A stretch of 64,000 nucleotides of DNA from positions 9,644 to 73,643 of the forward strand of contig JAERTB010000005.1 of the NCBI GenBank assembly GCA_016845225.1. The letters run 5' to 3'. The translations under genes and the position numbers were made by a program. A model generated the notes under the pieces. That model searched no databases, had not been told where the DNA came from, and saw nothing but the letters and a program-made list of their open reading frames with translations. Every line of letters begins with the position of its first letter. Positions within the stretch are counted from its first letter, which is position 1. This document shows, piece by piece, positions 9,305 through 17,838 of the stretch. The stretch comes from Candidatus Woesearchaeota archaeon (GTDB lineage: Archaea; Nanobdellota; Nanobdellia; SCGC-AAA011-G17; UBA489).

Positions 9305-9943
9305 ATGACAATATTCGCATTAAGAACAACCTCAAACAGAGAAGATCAAGTTTTCGATTTTGTTACAGCAAATATCGAAAAGAAAGGACTTCCAGTAGAT
9401 AGTGTCATTAGAGCTCATGGAATGAGAGGATATATCTTTGTTGAAGCAGAAAATAGAGAATTTGCTGAAGAGTGTTATCAAAAAGTACCTTATGCTAGAG
9501 GATTATTGCCAAAACCCATAGATTATCAAGAAATCGAACATATGTTAGAACATGTTAAAATTCAAGTTAATATTATCGTTGGAGATGTTGTAGAAATTAT
9601 TAGTGGACCTTTCAAGAGAGAAGAAGCTAAAGTTACTAGAATTGATCAAACTAAGGAAGAAGTTGTAGTTGAATTATTAGAAGCTGCTGTTCCAATTCCA
9701 ATTACTGTAAAAATGGATTCAGTAAAGGTGATCAGAAGAGAGGAATCTTCTGCTAAAGAAGTTGTAAATAGAGAACAAGTTCCAGAGGAACAAGTTGAAG
9801 TTAAACAATCTGTTGAGGAAACTTTAAAAGAGGAAGAAAAGAAGGAAGTAAAAGAAATCAAGAAAAAGAAGAAAGACAAGAGAGTTGACGACGATGTTGA
9901 TTTAAGTCTTGATGACGATGATGATTTCAATATAAATTTATAA
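9305..9943 (+). CDS. spt5: Transcription elongation factor Spt5 (NusG homologue) with long acidic C-terminal tail
   Basis: NGN plus KOW layout and SecE-Spt5-L11 synteny. About 70 aa Glu/Lys then poly-Asp extension (DDDVDLSLDDDDDF). Confidence 0.85.
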   Translation: MTIFALRTTSNREDQVFDFVTANIEKKGLPVDSVIRAHGMRGYIFVEAENREFAEECYQKVPYARGLLPKPIDYQEIEHMLEHVKIQVNIIVGDVVEIISGPFKREEAKVTRIDQTKEEVVVELLEAAVPIPITVKMDSVKVIRREESSAKEVVNREQVPEEQVEVKQSVEETLKEEEKKEVKEIKKKKKDKRVDDDVDLSLDDDDDFNINL

Positions 9944-9947
9944 GAAA

Positions 9948-10607
9948 ATGGTAAAAATTAAATTAATGGTTGAAGGCGGAAAAGCTAGCACTACTCCTGC
10001 AATGGCGCAAACTTTAGGACCTCTAAAGATGGATATGCAAGAAATTCTAAAAGATGTAAATGAAAAAACTATGACTTACAAAGGACTAAAAGTTCCAGTA
10101 GAATTGGATGTTGATGAGAAAGAAAAAACCTACACAATTACAGTAAAAAGTCCGCCTGCTGCCGAACTAATTAAAAATGAAATTGGCGTTAAGGTTGGAA
10201 GTGGAGAACCTGAAAAGAAAAAGGTAGGAAATATTTCAGTAGAACAATTAATCAAAGTTGCAAAAATGAAAATGGAAAGTTTATTTTCAGAAGACTTACG
10301 TGCAAGTATGAGGGCAGTTGCAGGAACTTGCAATAGTGTCGGCGTATTAATTGAATGTAATGTTTCAAATAAATTTAATGAATTGTTAGAAGAAGGTAAA
10401 TATGATAGCATAATTGATTCAGACAATCCAGAAGTTAGTGCTGAAAAACTTAAAGAACTAAAAACTCAACTTGAAGAAATTCAAACAGGATTAGATAAAA
10501 CTTTTGCTAAGAAGAAAGGAAAAGCTGAGAAAGAAAAAGAAGCTAAACCTGAAGAGACTAAAAAAGAAGAAGGTGCTGAAGATAAGAAGGAGGAAGAATC
10601 AAAATAA
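9948..10607 (+). CDS. rpl11: 50S ribosomal protein L11 (uL11) with K/E-rich C-terminal extension
   Basis: MVKIKLMVEGGKASTTPAMAQTLGPL matches uL11 N-terminus. About 60 aa charged tail. Confidence 0.9.
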   Translation: MVKIKLMVEGGKASTTPAMAQTLGPLKMDMQEILKDVNEKTMTYKGLKVPVELDVDEKEKTYTITVKSPPAAELIKNEIGVKVGSGEPEKKKVGNISVEQLIKVAKMKMESLFSEDLRASMRAVAGTCNSVGVLIECNVSNKFNELLEEGKYDSIIDSDNPEVSAEKLKELKTQLEEIQTGLDKTFAKKKGKAEKEKEAKPEETKKEEGAEDKKEEESK

Positions 10608-10612
10608 TTGTT

Positions 10613-10686
10613 GAGGCTGTGAGGTAATTTGGTTATCCTTCCAGGTTTGGGACCTGGTTATCACGGTTCAAATCCGTGCAGCCTCA
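10613..10686 (+). tRNA. tRNA-Pro (anticodon TGG)
   Basis: Manual fold. Acceptor GAGGCTG/CAGCCTC, anticodon stem CCAGG/CCTGG with loop TTTGGGA, T-arm CACGG-TTCAAAT-CCGTG. 74 nt, no encoded CCA. Confidence 0.85.
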
Positions 10687-10705
10687 CTTGATGGTATAAA
10701 ATAAA

Positions 10706-10915
10706 ATGGCAAATACAAAAGGACCTGCAGGAAGATTTGGGGCTAGATACGGAACCAAAATCAGAAGAAAGGTAGATAATATTGAGAGAAAGCAGAAAGC
10801 AAAACATCCTTGTCCTGGATGTGGAGAACTTAAGGCTAAGAGAATTTCATTAGGAATTTATCAATGTAAAAAATGCGAAGCTAAGTTTACTGGAGGGGCA
10901 TATACGCCTAAATAA
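10706..10915 (+). CDS. rpl37ae: 50S ribosomal protein L37ae (eL43)
   Basis: 69 aa. C4 zinc ribbon CPGCG...CKKC and MAxTKGP...GARYG N-terminus. Confidence 0.9.
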   Translation: MANTKGPAGRFGARYGTKIRRKVDNIERKQKAKHPCPGCGELKAKRISLGIYQCKKCEAKFTGGAYTPK

Positions 10916-10916
10916 A

Positions 10917-11054
10917 ATGACAGACTATAAATGTTTTAATTGTAAAAAGCATGTAAAACCAGATTATATTAAGAAAAAAATTAGATGTCCCTATTGTGGA
11001 TATAAAGTTTTATACAAAGAAAGAAGTATGAGTACAAAATTAAAGGCGGTTTAA
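10917..11054 (+). CDS. rpoP: DNA-directed RNA polymerase subunit P (RpoP/Rpb12)
   Basis: Hand-translated 45 aa (MTDYKCFNCKKHVKPDYIKKKIRCPYCGYKVLYKERSMSTKLKAV). CxxC...CxxC zinc ribbon. Conserved L37ae-RpoP-PfdB order. Confidence 0.75.
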   Translation: MTDYKCFNCKKHVKPDYIKKKIRCPYCGYKVLYKERSMSTKLKAV

Positions 11055-11055
11055 A

Positions 11056-11400
11056 ATGACAGAAAAAACAATGGAAAACGAGATTGCACAATTACAAATG
11101 CTTGAACAAAATTTGAAAAGCATAGAAATGCAAAAACAAAATTTTCAATTACAATTAGTTGAAAGTGAAAATTCTTTGAAAGAAATTGAAAATTATGAAG
11201 GAAAACCCTACAAAATTATTGGGCCAGTGATGATTGAAACAGAAAAAGATGATTTAGTAAAAGATCTTAGTGAAAAAATTGAATTGTTAAAATCCAGATC
11301 AGAAAGTATGGAAAAACAAGAAAAGAGTTTTAGGGAACAATTTGAGACCATCCAAAAGAAATTGATGGAAGAAATGCAAAAACAAAACCCTAACAAATAA
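11056..11400 (+). CDS. pfdB: Prefoldin beta subunit
   Basis: 114 aa coiled-coil/beta-hairpin/coiled-coil layout. Synteny after L37ae-RpoP. Confidence 0.8.
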   Translation: MTEKTMENEIAQLQMLEQNLKSIEMQKQNFQLQLVESENSLKEIENYEGKPYKIIGPVMIETEKDDLVKDLSEKIELLKSRSESMEKQEKSFREQFETIQKKLMEEMQKQNPNK

Positions 11401-11454
11401 TTTTTTAAATAGATTAAATATCAGATTATCACTTTTATTCAGAGATATATAAAA

Positions 11455-11697
11455 ATGGAAGATATGACTAATGTTTTGGAATTGTTATCCTCAATCCAAG
11501 AGGACAATACTGTGCCAAACAACGTTAGAACTAAGGTCCAAGATACAATCTCCTGTTTAAAAAATGATGGTGACTCTGTAGAAGTTTCTGTGGATAAGGC
11601 AATTCAATGCCTAGATGAATTATCAAATGATTCAAATATCCCGATGTTTACAAGAACTCAGCTTTGGAGTGCAATAAGCGCGCTGGAAAGTAAGTAA
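11455..11697 (+). CDS. Small conserved archaeal protein, possibly UPF0147/COG1698 family
   Basis: 80 aa helical protein. Assignment inferred mainly from the conserved position downstream of prefoldin beta. Confidence 0.4.
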   Translation: MEDMTNVLELLSSIQEDNTVPNNVRTKVQDTISCLKNDGDSVEVSVDKAIQCLDELSNDSNIPMFTRTQLWSAISALESK

Positions 11698-11757
11698 TCT
11701 TGTACAGAAATTTTTATATACCACTCCTCATTAGTAATCACTAAATAGGTATACAAA

Positions 11758-12153
11758 ATGGCAATGTTTTCAAAATTAAGAAATTCCTTAGGAATAGGCA
11801 ATAGAGTCGATGAATTCGATGAAGCTTTCGGCGAGGATGAATATGTAGAAATAGACCCTTCTAGACACGTTGGAAGAAATTCTAAGATTGCTGTAAGATC
11901 TTTTGTAGTAAATAGCTTTGATGATATAAAGGAAAGTTTAGATGCTCTTAGAGAGGGATATACCATCGCATTAATTAATATTAGACCTTTGAAAGATAAG
12001 GACATTGTTGAATTAAAAAGAACAATTAACAAACTAAAGAAAACTTGTGATGCAATCGAAGGAGATATTGCAGGAATTTCTGAAGATTGGATTGTTGTTA
12101 CTCCTGCATTTGCAAGAGTTCACAGAAGTACAGGAACCGAAGAACTTCATTAA
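11758..12153 (+). CDS. sepF: Cell division protein SepF (FtsZ anchor)
   Basis: 131 aa. C-terminal SepF-like core (ALINIRPLKDKD...RTINKLKKTCDAIEGDIAGISEDWIVVTP). FtsZ is present nearby. Confidence 0.65.
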   Translation: MAMFSKLRNSLGIGNRVDEFDEAFGEDEYVEIDPSRHVGRNSKIAVRSFVVNSFDDIKESLDALREGYTIALINIRPLKDKDIVELKRTINKLKKTCDAIEGDIAGISEDWIVVTPAFARVHRSTGTEELH

Positions 12154-12189
12154 GCAAAGTTTTTTAAATTTATAATCTAGGATAATTCT

Positions 12190-12723
12190 ATGGAAGAACT
12201 AAAAGGTCAAAAATGTGTTTTTTGTGGAAAAGATACATTAACTTTGATGGAAGATGAAGTAGAAGTTGCTTTTTTTGGAAAGGTTTATGTTTTTTCTATG
12301 AATTGTGAAAACAAAGAATGTAACTACTCTAAGTCAGATTTAGAAGCTGCAGAAATTAAAGACCCTTGTAAGTTGACATTTACTATTGAAAGTGCAGAAG
12401 ACTTGAAAGTTCGTGTTGTTAAAGGTTCAAATGCGACTATAAAGGTAACTGGGTTGAAAATGAATGTTAAACCAGGTCCAGCATCTAACGGCTATATTTC
12501 TAATATTGAAGGCGTATTAAATAGATTTAAGAAGATTATTGAGAAAGTAAGAGATAATAGTGATGATGCTAAAGAAAGAAAGAGTGCTAAGAACTTGTTA
12601 AAGAAACTTTGGAAAGTTGAATGTGGAGACTCACCATTAAAAATTGTAATTGAAGATCCTACTGGAAACAGTGGAATTATTTCTGAGAAGACTAAGATTG
12701 AGAAGTTGAAGGTTAAGAAATAA
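12190..12723 (+). CDS. ZPR1-type zinc-finger protein
   Basis: 177 aa. Two Cys pairs (CVFCGK ... MNCENKEC) followed by a beta-rich domain typical of archaeal ZPR1-like proteins. Confidence 0.65.
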   Translation: MEELKGQKCVFCGKDTLTLMEDEVEVAFFGKVYVFSMNCENKECNYSKSDLEAAEIKDPCKLTFTIESAEDLKVRVVKGSNATIKVTGLKMNVKPGPASNGYISNIEGVLNRFKKIIEKVRDNSDDAKERKSAKNLLKKLWKVECGDSPLKIVIEDPTGNSGIISEKTKIEKLKVKK

Positions 12724-13710
12724 CTAAAGAAATCCTTTTTCTAAAAGATCGTCCCAAGTTATGTCACCACAAAGAACTGCAAATTCTCTAGCTGTTAATA
12801 GAGGTTTGTCAAACATACCTGCAGCGTCAATTGCTATTCTAGGACAAGCTAACTCTACAAATGCCTCAATATCATAAAGGTTTACTAATTTATCATTAGT
12901 TATTTCTGACATTGAAATCATAACATATTCTTTGTTTATTTTCTTTAATTTTTCTTTTACGAATTCAAATGAACCAAACTTTTGTCCTAATTTTGTGCCA
13001 ATAATAATTCCAATCTTCTTTGCTTGTTTTGCTTTTTCAATTGCTGCAAATCTTTGTTTGATTATTTTATCTTTGAACTCATCCATGTTATGAATTTCCT
13101 CATTGAATGGATCAACTAGGATTACTGGTTTGTTTATGCTCATTGCAACGCCTAATGCGTGGAATTTATTTGCAACTATTAATACTGCATCAACTTTGTC
13201 TGAAATTAATTTAAATGAACTGTATTCGCAACCAAGTACTTGTCCATCATAGAATGCATTTCCTTTTGCATCTGGAACATTTACTTCCAATCCTGTTTCT
13301 TCAATTAGCTTTTTTACTTGAGGAATTTGATGAATATGTTGAACTGAAGTTGCTAGTGCTATTTTCTTGAAAGATTCTAACTTATGTAGAGATTTTTTTA
13401 CAATTTTAGTAATGTCTGATTCGTACCTGGCTTCTAGATATAATATCGGAAAGTCTGCATCTGTGAATTTAGCATGGCCATAAATAATAATCATATCACA
13501 ACCAAGAGTTTTAGCTTCATTTACTGCCACATCACATGCCCCCCATAAAGGTTCGCCTGAAAGAATTACCTCTGAAGATGTCTTTTCTCTGATTAGATTA
13601 GAAATCCTAAGCCCTTCTCGTTTTATGCCTTCAGGGAGCTGTAATAAGACCCTCTTGGGCTTTTTTTGGTTTAGTTCTTCTATTAACTTGTTTTCTTCAA
13701 ATGTGTACAT
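12724..13710 (-). CDS. dph2: Diphthamide synthesis 2-(3-amino-3-carboxypropyl)histidine synthase Dph2
   Basis: 328 aa. Conserved blocks RVLLQLPEG, GACDVAVNEAKTLGCD, ATSVQHIHQ, GQVLGCEYS, ACPRIAIDAA. Confidence 0.85.
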   Translation of the reverse strand: MYTFEENKLIEELNQKKPKRVLLQLPEGIKREGLRISNLIREKTSSEVILSGEPLWGACDVAVNEAKTLGCDMIIIYGHAKFTDADFPILYLEARYESDITKIVKKSLHKLESFKKIALATSVQHIHQIPQVKKLIEETGLEVNVPDAKGNAFYDGQVLGCEYSSFKLISDKVDAVLIVANKFHALGVAMSINKPVILVDPFNEEIHNMDEFKDKIIKQRFAAIEKAKQAKKIGIIIGTKLGQKFGSFEFVKEKLKKINKEYVMISMSEITNDKLVNLYDIEAFVELACPRIAIDAAGMFDKPLLTAREFAVLCGDITWDDLLEKGFL

Positions 13711-13762
13711 TTTATTTACCTATAGCCTAGAGTGTATAGGAAAGCATTATAAATCTTCTCCT

Positions 13763-15310
13763 ATGCATTGTGTTATGCCTAACAATCCAGTCAAGGTCGA
13801 TAAGAAAAAAAGAGAAGAGTTTCTTACTAACTTGAGTTCTTTTATGCAAAGCAAGAGCTTTATTTGGGGACCCTTTCCTGAAATTTATGGCGGTGTTGCA
13901 GGATTCTATTCTTATGGGCCGATGGGAAAACTACTGAAAGATAAAGTAGAAAATATTGTTAGGAGAACTTTTCAAAGCAATGGATTCTGGGAAGTAGAGT
14001 GCCCAATTGTTTTACCCGATGTTGTTTGGAAAGCTTCAGGACATTTAGATACTTTTGAAGATAGAATAATTAATTGTAGTAAATGTAAATCAGTTTTTAG
14101 AGCTGATAAATTAATTGAAGAAAATCACGATGTTAGTGCAGATGCCTATTCTGATCAAGAATTGATTGATTTTATTACTAAAGAAAAAATAAAATGTCCA
14201 TCATGTAAGGGCGAGTTTGTTTATGATATCCAAACACAAAGTTTAATGATGAAAACTAAAGTTGCAGGTATTGAAAGTTCATTGAGACCAGAAACTGCAA
14301 CCGTAACTTATATTCCATTTAAGAGATACTATGAATTCTTTAGAAGAAAATTGCCTGTCGGTGTTTTCCAAATTGGAAAAGCATTTAGAAATGAGATTAG
14401 TCCTAGACAGAGTGTTTTGAGAGGAAGAGAGTTTACTCAGGCAGAAGGTCAATTATTTATTGATCCTTCTAAGAAAAATGATTGGGAAAAATATGATTTG
14501 ATTAAGAAAGAAAAACTACCTATTTGGGATTACAAAGCACAGAAAGGAGAAAAACCCCATGTTTCAATGAGCGTTGCTGATGGAATAAAAAAGAAGTTGT
14601 TCCAATCTAAGGCCTATGCATGGTGTGTTTGGCTAGCATATAAACAATTTATCAATATGGGCATACCTGAAGATAGAATTAGAATAAGACAGCACCATCC
14701 TGATGAAAAAGCGTTCTATGCTGATGATGCATGGGATATTGAAATAAATTTGAATAGTTTTGGTTGGACAGAAGTTTGTGGAATACATGATAGAACAGAT
14801 TATGATTTAATTCAACATTCTAAATTTTCAAAGCAAAACTTAACTGCAAAAGATGATAAGAATAAAGATATTACTCCCCATGTTTTAGAAATTGCATTTG
14901 GAATTGATAGGCCTGTTTTTGCATTGTTGGATTTATTCTATTCTAAAATGGGAAAGAGTGAAGGAAAAACAATGTTTAAATTACCATACCATTTAGCTCC
15001 AGTTGATGTTGCAGTGTTCCCTCTAATGAAGAAAGAAGGAATGCCTGAAAAAGCTAATGAGGTTAAAGTTCAATTAGAAAGTGACTTTGTTGTGGAGTTT
15101 GATCAATCTGGAAGTATTGGAAAAAGATATTTGCGTGCAGCTGAAAGTGGAACCGCTTATTGTATTACTGTTGATCATGATAGTCTGAAAGATGACACTG
15201 TTACTTTAAGAGATAGAGATTCTGAAGAACAAAAAAGAGTTAAGATTTCTGAATTAAATAATTTAATTAGAGAACTTCTAAAAGGAACTGTTAGTTTCGA
15301 ATCTATTTAG
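13763..15310 (+). CDS. glyS: Glycyl-tRNA synthetase (archaeal/eukaryotic class II type)
   Basis: FIWGPFPEIYGGVAGFYSYGPMG and class-II motifs. Start moved to the ATG at 13763 because the upstream ORF extension overlaps dph2 on the opposite strand. Confidence 0.9.
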   Translation: MHCVMPNNPVKVDKKKREEFLTNLSSFMQSKSFIWGPFPEIYGGVAGFYSYGPMGKLLKDKVENIVRRTFQSNGFWEVECPIVLPDVVWKASGHLDTFEDRIINCSKCKSVFRADKLIEENHDVSADAYSDQELIDFITKEKIKCPSCKGEFVYDIQTQSLMMKTKVAGIESSLRPETATVTYIPFKRYYEFFRRKLPVGVFQIGKAFRNEISPRQSVLRGREFTQAEGQLFIDPSKKNDWEKYDLIKKEKLPIWDYKAQKGEKPHVSMSVADGIKKKLFQSKAYAWCVWLAYKQFINMGIPEDRIRIRQHHPDEKAFYADDAWDIEINLNSFGWTEVCGIHDRTDYDLIQHSKFSKQNLTAKDDKNKDITPHVLEIAFGIDRPVFALLDLFYSKMGKSEGKTMFKLPYHLAPVDVAVFPLMKKEGMPEKANEVKVQLESDFVVEFDQSGSIGKRYLRAAESGTAYCITVDHDSLKDDTVTLRDRDSEEQKRVKISELNNLIRELLKGTVSFESI

Positions 15311-15323
15311 CATTTACCGTACT
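15301..15323 (+). repeat. Copy 2 of the 23-nt exact repeat (tatttagcatttaccgtacttac) spanning the GlyRS stop codon
   Basis: Identical to 3108-3130. Lies 50 bp upstream of the LAGLIDADG endonuclease gene. Confidence 0.8.
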
Positions 15324-15372
15324 TACTCCCTGCTGGAGAATTCTTTTTTAAGTAGTTTAAATTTTATAGGTT

Positions 15373-16137
15373 ATGGCATTATTAACACAAATTAAGAAAG
15401 AACAGTTGTGCAATTATATTTCTAAAGGAATTTCCTTAAATCAGATTAGCTCTAAATTAGGAATTCCTAAGTCTACTGCATATTATTACTATCGAAAGCT
15501 AAAATATAAAAAATATAAAAAACCTGAGTACTCCATTAAGTTTTCAGAAATAGAGGGAGAAATTGTGGGAATTTTTGCTGGAGATGGTAGCCAGTATCAC
15601 TACAAGAAAAATGGAAATTACACAACCACTATCCACTTTGGAAATGTTATTGGTTATATCTCCCATGTAAGAAAATTGTACAACTCTTTTTTTGGAAAAT
15701 CTTGGAATTTGTGGAGAGAAAGAACAAAAGAAGGATTTATACGTCATAGGTTGAGGGCATATAACAAAGAGATATTTAATTTTTTTTACAATTATCTTAA
15801 TTATGATAGTACCCATAAATATGATACTTGTGAAGTTAAATCGATTAATTTTCCAGAAGAATTTAAAATTGGATTTTTGAGAGGATTTTTTGATACAGAT
15901 GGGCACCTTAGTACTTCAAGCAATAGACTGAGAGCATTTTATTATACTACTTCAAAAAAACTTGCAACTCAGATGCAGATATTTTTTAATGATCTGAATA
16001 TTAAAACTATAATTTGGCAAGAGCAACGAAAAGATAAAAAGTGTAAAGATTTATTTATTTTAAGAGTGGCAGAGAAAGAAGTGAATAATTTTTTAAATAA
16101 AATTAGACCCTATAGGGCTAATAAGTTGGGCCGATAG
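15373..16137 (+). CDS. Free-standing LAGLIDADG homing endonuclease with N-terminal HTH
   Basis: 254 aa. Two LAGLIDADG motifs (GIFAGDGS and GFFDTDGH). N-terminal HTH-like ISKGISLNQISSKLGIPKSTAYYY. Stop codon TAG lies inside the tRNA-Ala 5' region. Confidence 0.8.
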   Translation: MALLTQIKKEQLCNYISKGISLNQISSKLGIPKSTAYYYYRKLKYKKYKKPEYSIKFSEIEGEIVGIFAGDGSQYHYKKNGNYTTTIHFGNVIGYISHVRKLYNSFFGKSWNLWRERTKEGFIRHRLRAYNKEIFNFFYNYLNYDSTHKYDTCEVKSINFPEEFKIGFLRGFFDTDGHLSTSSNRLRAFYYTTSKKLATQMQIFFNDLNIKTIIWQEQRKDKKCKDLFILRVAEKEVNNFLNKIRPYRANKLGR

Positions 16138-16201
16138 TTCAGTCCGGTAGAACGTGCGGCTGGCAGTCGCAATGCCTCGGGTTCAAATCCCGATCGGTCC
16201 A
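16128..16201 (+). tRNA. tRNA-Ala (anticodon GGC)
   Basis: Manual fold. Acceptor GGGCCGA/TCGGTCC with G3:U70 Ala identity pair, D-arm GTTC-AGTCCGGTA-GAAC, anticodon loop CTGGCAG, T-arm TCGGG-TTCAAAT-CCCGA. 74 nt. Confidence 0.9.
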
Positions 16202-16268
16202 CATTTAGTTATTATTGGGAAGTAGTTAAAATAAAAAGATTTATAAGTTTTGTATTATAAGTTTACTT

Positions 16269-16766
16269 ATGAAATATCAAAAAATTTTGAAAAATCTTAG
16301 TGAGAGTGATTCAAAGTATTTAGTAGTTGGAGGAATGGCATTACTTTTTAGTGGATATAGGCGTTTAACTATGGATCTGGACATCTTAGCAGATTTAAAA
16401 ACTGAAAATCTTGAAAAAATTGTTAAAGTTATGGACGATAATGGATATATTCCAAGAGTTCCTGTCAATGCAAAAGATATTCTTGATGAATCTAAAAGGC
16501 TAGAACGGTTTGAAGAAAAAGGAATGAAAGCATTTACTTATGTACACCCAGAAGACCCTTTGTCTAGTGTAGATTTATTAATATTTAATCCAATTTCTTT
16601 TGAAAATGCTTATGAAAATAAAAGAGAATTGCTTATTGAAAATACTCCTGTGTATTTTGCAAGTATTGATGACTTAATATCTATGAAAAAAGTTGCAGGT
16701 AGAACTAAAGATTTATATGATATAAAGATGTTAGAGATTATAAAGGAAAGAGCAGAAGATGAATAA
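16269..16766 (+). CDS. Nucleotidyltransferase-fold protein (pol-beta superfamily; AbiEii/MNT-like)
   Basis: 165 aa. VGGMALLFSGYRRLTMDLDIL resembles the hG[GS]xA..R.T.DxD NTase motif. Confidence 0.5.
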   Translation: MKYQKILKNLSESDSKYLVVGGMALLFSGYRRLTMDLDILADLKTENLEKIVKVMDDNGYIPRVPVNAKDILDESKRLERFEEKGMKAFTYVHPEDPLSSVDLLIFNPISFENAYENKRELLIENTPVYFASIDDLISMKKVAGRTKDLYDIKMLEIIKERAEDE

Positions 16767-16989
16767 AAGAAAAATATTAGAAGACAAATTATCTGAAGAC
16801 TATGAACTTAGTCTTGGCGAGAAAGTAGATGCCTCATATATCCTGGATTGGGTTCAAGAAACTAACAGATTCTTATATTCTGTAATGGATCAGAAAACCA
16901 AAGATGTTATTTATGAAACTGATAAAATAATGAATCAGAAAGCAACAAAAGAAGATATAAAACTTATTCTTGGAAGATATGAAATTTAA
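16759..16989 (+). CDS. Hypothetical protein, possible partner of the upstream nucleotidyltransferase
   Basis: 76 aa. Start overlaps the NTase gene by 8 nt. No recognisable motif. Confidence 0.3.
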   Translation: MNKRKILEDKLSEDYELSLGEKVDASYILDWVQETNRFLYSVMDQKTKDVIYETDKIMNQKATKEDIKLILGRYEI

Positions 16990-17020
16990 TTAAATTTTAT
17001 CTTATCGTAAGGTTATTATA

Positions 17021-17296
17021 GTGCTGATTCTAGGTATTTGTATGGGAAGAAAAGCAAAGAGCAGAAGAGTCACTATGCAAAAAAGAAAGCGTATGTCTGC
17101 TGTTAAAGGAAAGTTCAGAGAACAGAAAAAGGAAAGAGCAGCGAAAGCTAAAAAAATTGCATTGTCAGGAGCTGCAAAAAAAGAAAGGAGAAAGGTTTAC
17201 AAGAAAGTTAGACCTAAAGTAGATAGAAGTACCAAAAAGAGTTTTTTGAAAAAGATGAGAGAGAAAGCAAAGACTTGGGGACTTATAGATGAGTGA
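17021..17296 (+). CDS. Lysine/arginine-rich basic small protein
   Basis: 91 aa, more than 40% K/R. Overlaps the HIT gene start by 8 nt. Confidence 0.35.
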   Translation: MLILGICMGRKAKSRRVTMQKRKRMSAVKGKFREQKKERAAKAKKIALSGAAKKERRKVYKKVRPKVDRSTKKSFLKKMREKAKTWGLIDE

Positions 17297-17717
17297 GTGT
17301 ATTTTTTGTAAAATTGTAAATAAAGAGATTCCTGCTGAAGTGATTTATGAGGATGAGAAAGTTTTAGTTTTTTTAGATATTAATCCAATTACTCAAGGAC
17401 ATCTTTTAGTAATTCCTAAAAATCATTATGAAAATATATTAGAAACTCCTGAAAATGTTTTGCAAGATGTTAGTTTAATAGTTAAAAAGATGGCACAAGT
17501 CGTTGATAAAATTTCTGATGGAGTGAATATTGGACAAAATAATAAACTTGCTGCAGGACAATTAGTTAATCATCTGCATTTTCATGTAATTCCTAGAAAT
17601 GAGAATGATGGATTGGTTTCTTGGCCAGGAAAAGAATATGAATCTGAAGCTGAAAGACTAAAAATGGCTGAAGAGATAAGAAAAATCGTTAAAGAAGTAG
17701 AAGTAGAGAATCCCTAG
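17289..17717 (+). CDS. HIT-family (histidine triad) nucleotide hydrolase
   Basis: 142 aa. Histidine triad NHLHFHVIPR and N-terminal CIFCKI. Confidence 0.85.
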   Translation: MSECIFCKIVNKEIPAEVIYEDEKVLVFLDINPITQGHLLVIPKNHYENILETPENVLQDVSLIVKKMAQVVDKISDGVNIGQNNKLAAGQLVNHLHFHVIPRNENDGLVSWPGKEYESEAERLKMAEEIRKIVKEVEVENP

Positions 17718-17764
17718 AGTCTCAAAGAAACTCTTTTAAACGCAGTTCTAAAGATTATTTATGC

Positions 17765-17838
17765 GCCTCCGTAGATTAGTTGGCTAAATCGTCAGTCTCA
17801 TAAGCTGAAGATCGAGGGTTCAAGTCCCTCTGGAGGCA
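17765..17838 (+). tRNA. tRNA-Met (anticodon CAT), elongator type or Ile2
   Basis: Manual fold. Acceptor GCCTCCG/TGGAGGC, D-arm GATT-AGTTGGCTA-AATC, anticodon loop CTCATAA, T-arm GAGGG-TTCAAGT-CCCTC. Lacks initiator features. Confidence 0.85.

Noticed and set aside
13625-13762. Upstream extension of the glyS ORF from the ATG at 13625
   Set aside because: It overlaps the 3' end of dph2 on the opposite strand and encodes a non-conserved hydrophobic leader. GlyRS homology begins after the ATG at 13763.
16128-16201. Possibility that tRNA-Ala or the other tRNAs are split or intron-containing (a known DPANN feature)
   Set aside because: All seven tRNAs fold as contiguous 73-75 nt cloverleaves with normal 7-nt anticodon loops. 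No intron or bulge-helix-bulge motif was seen.
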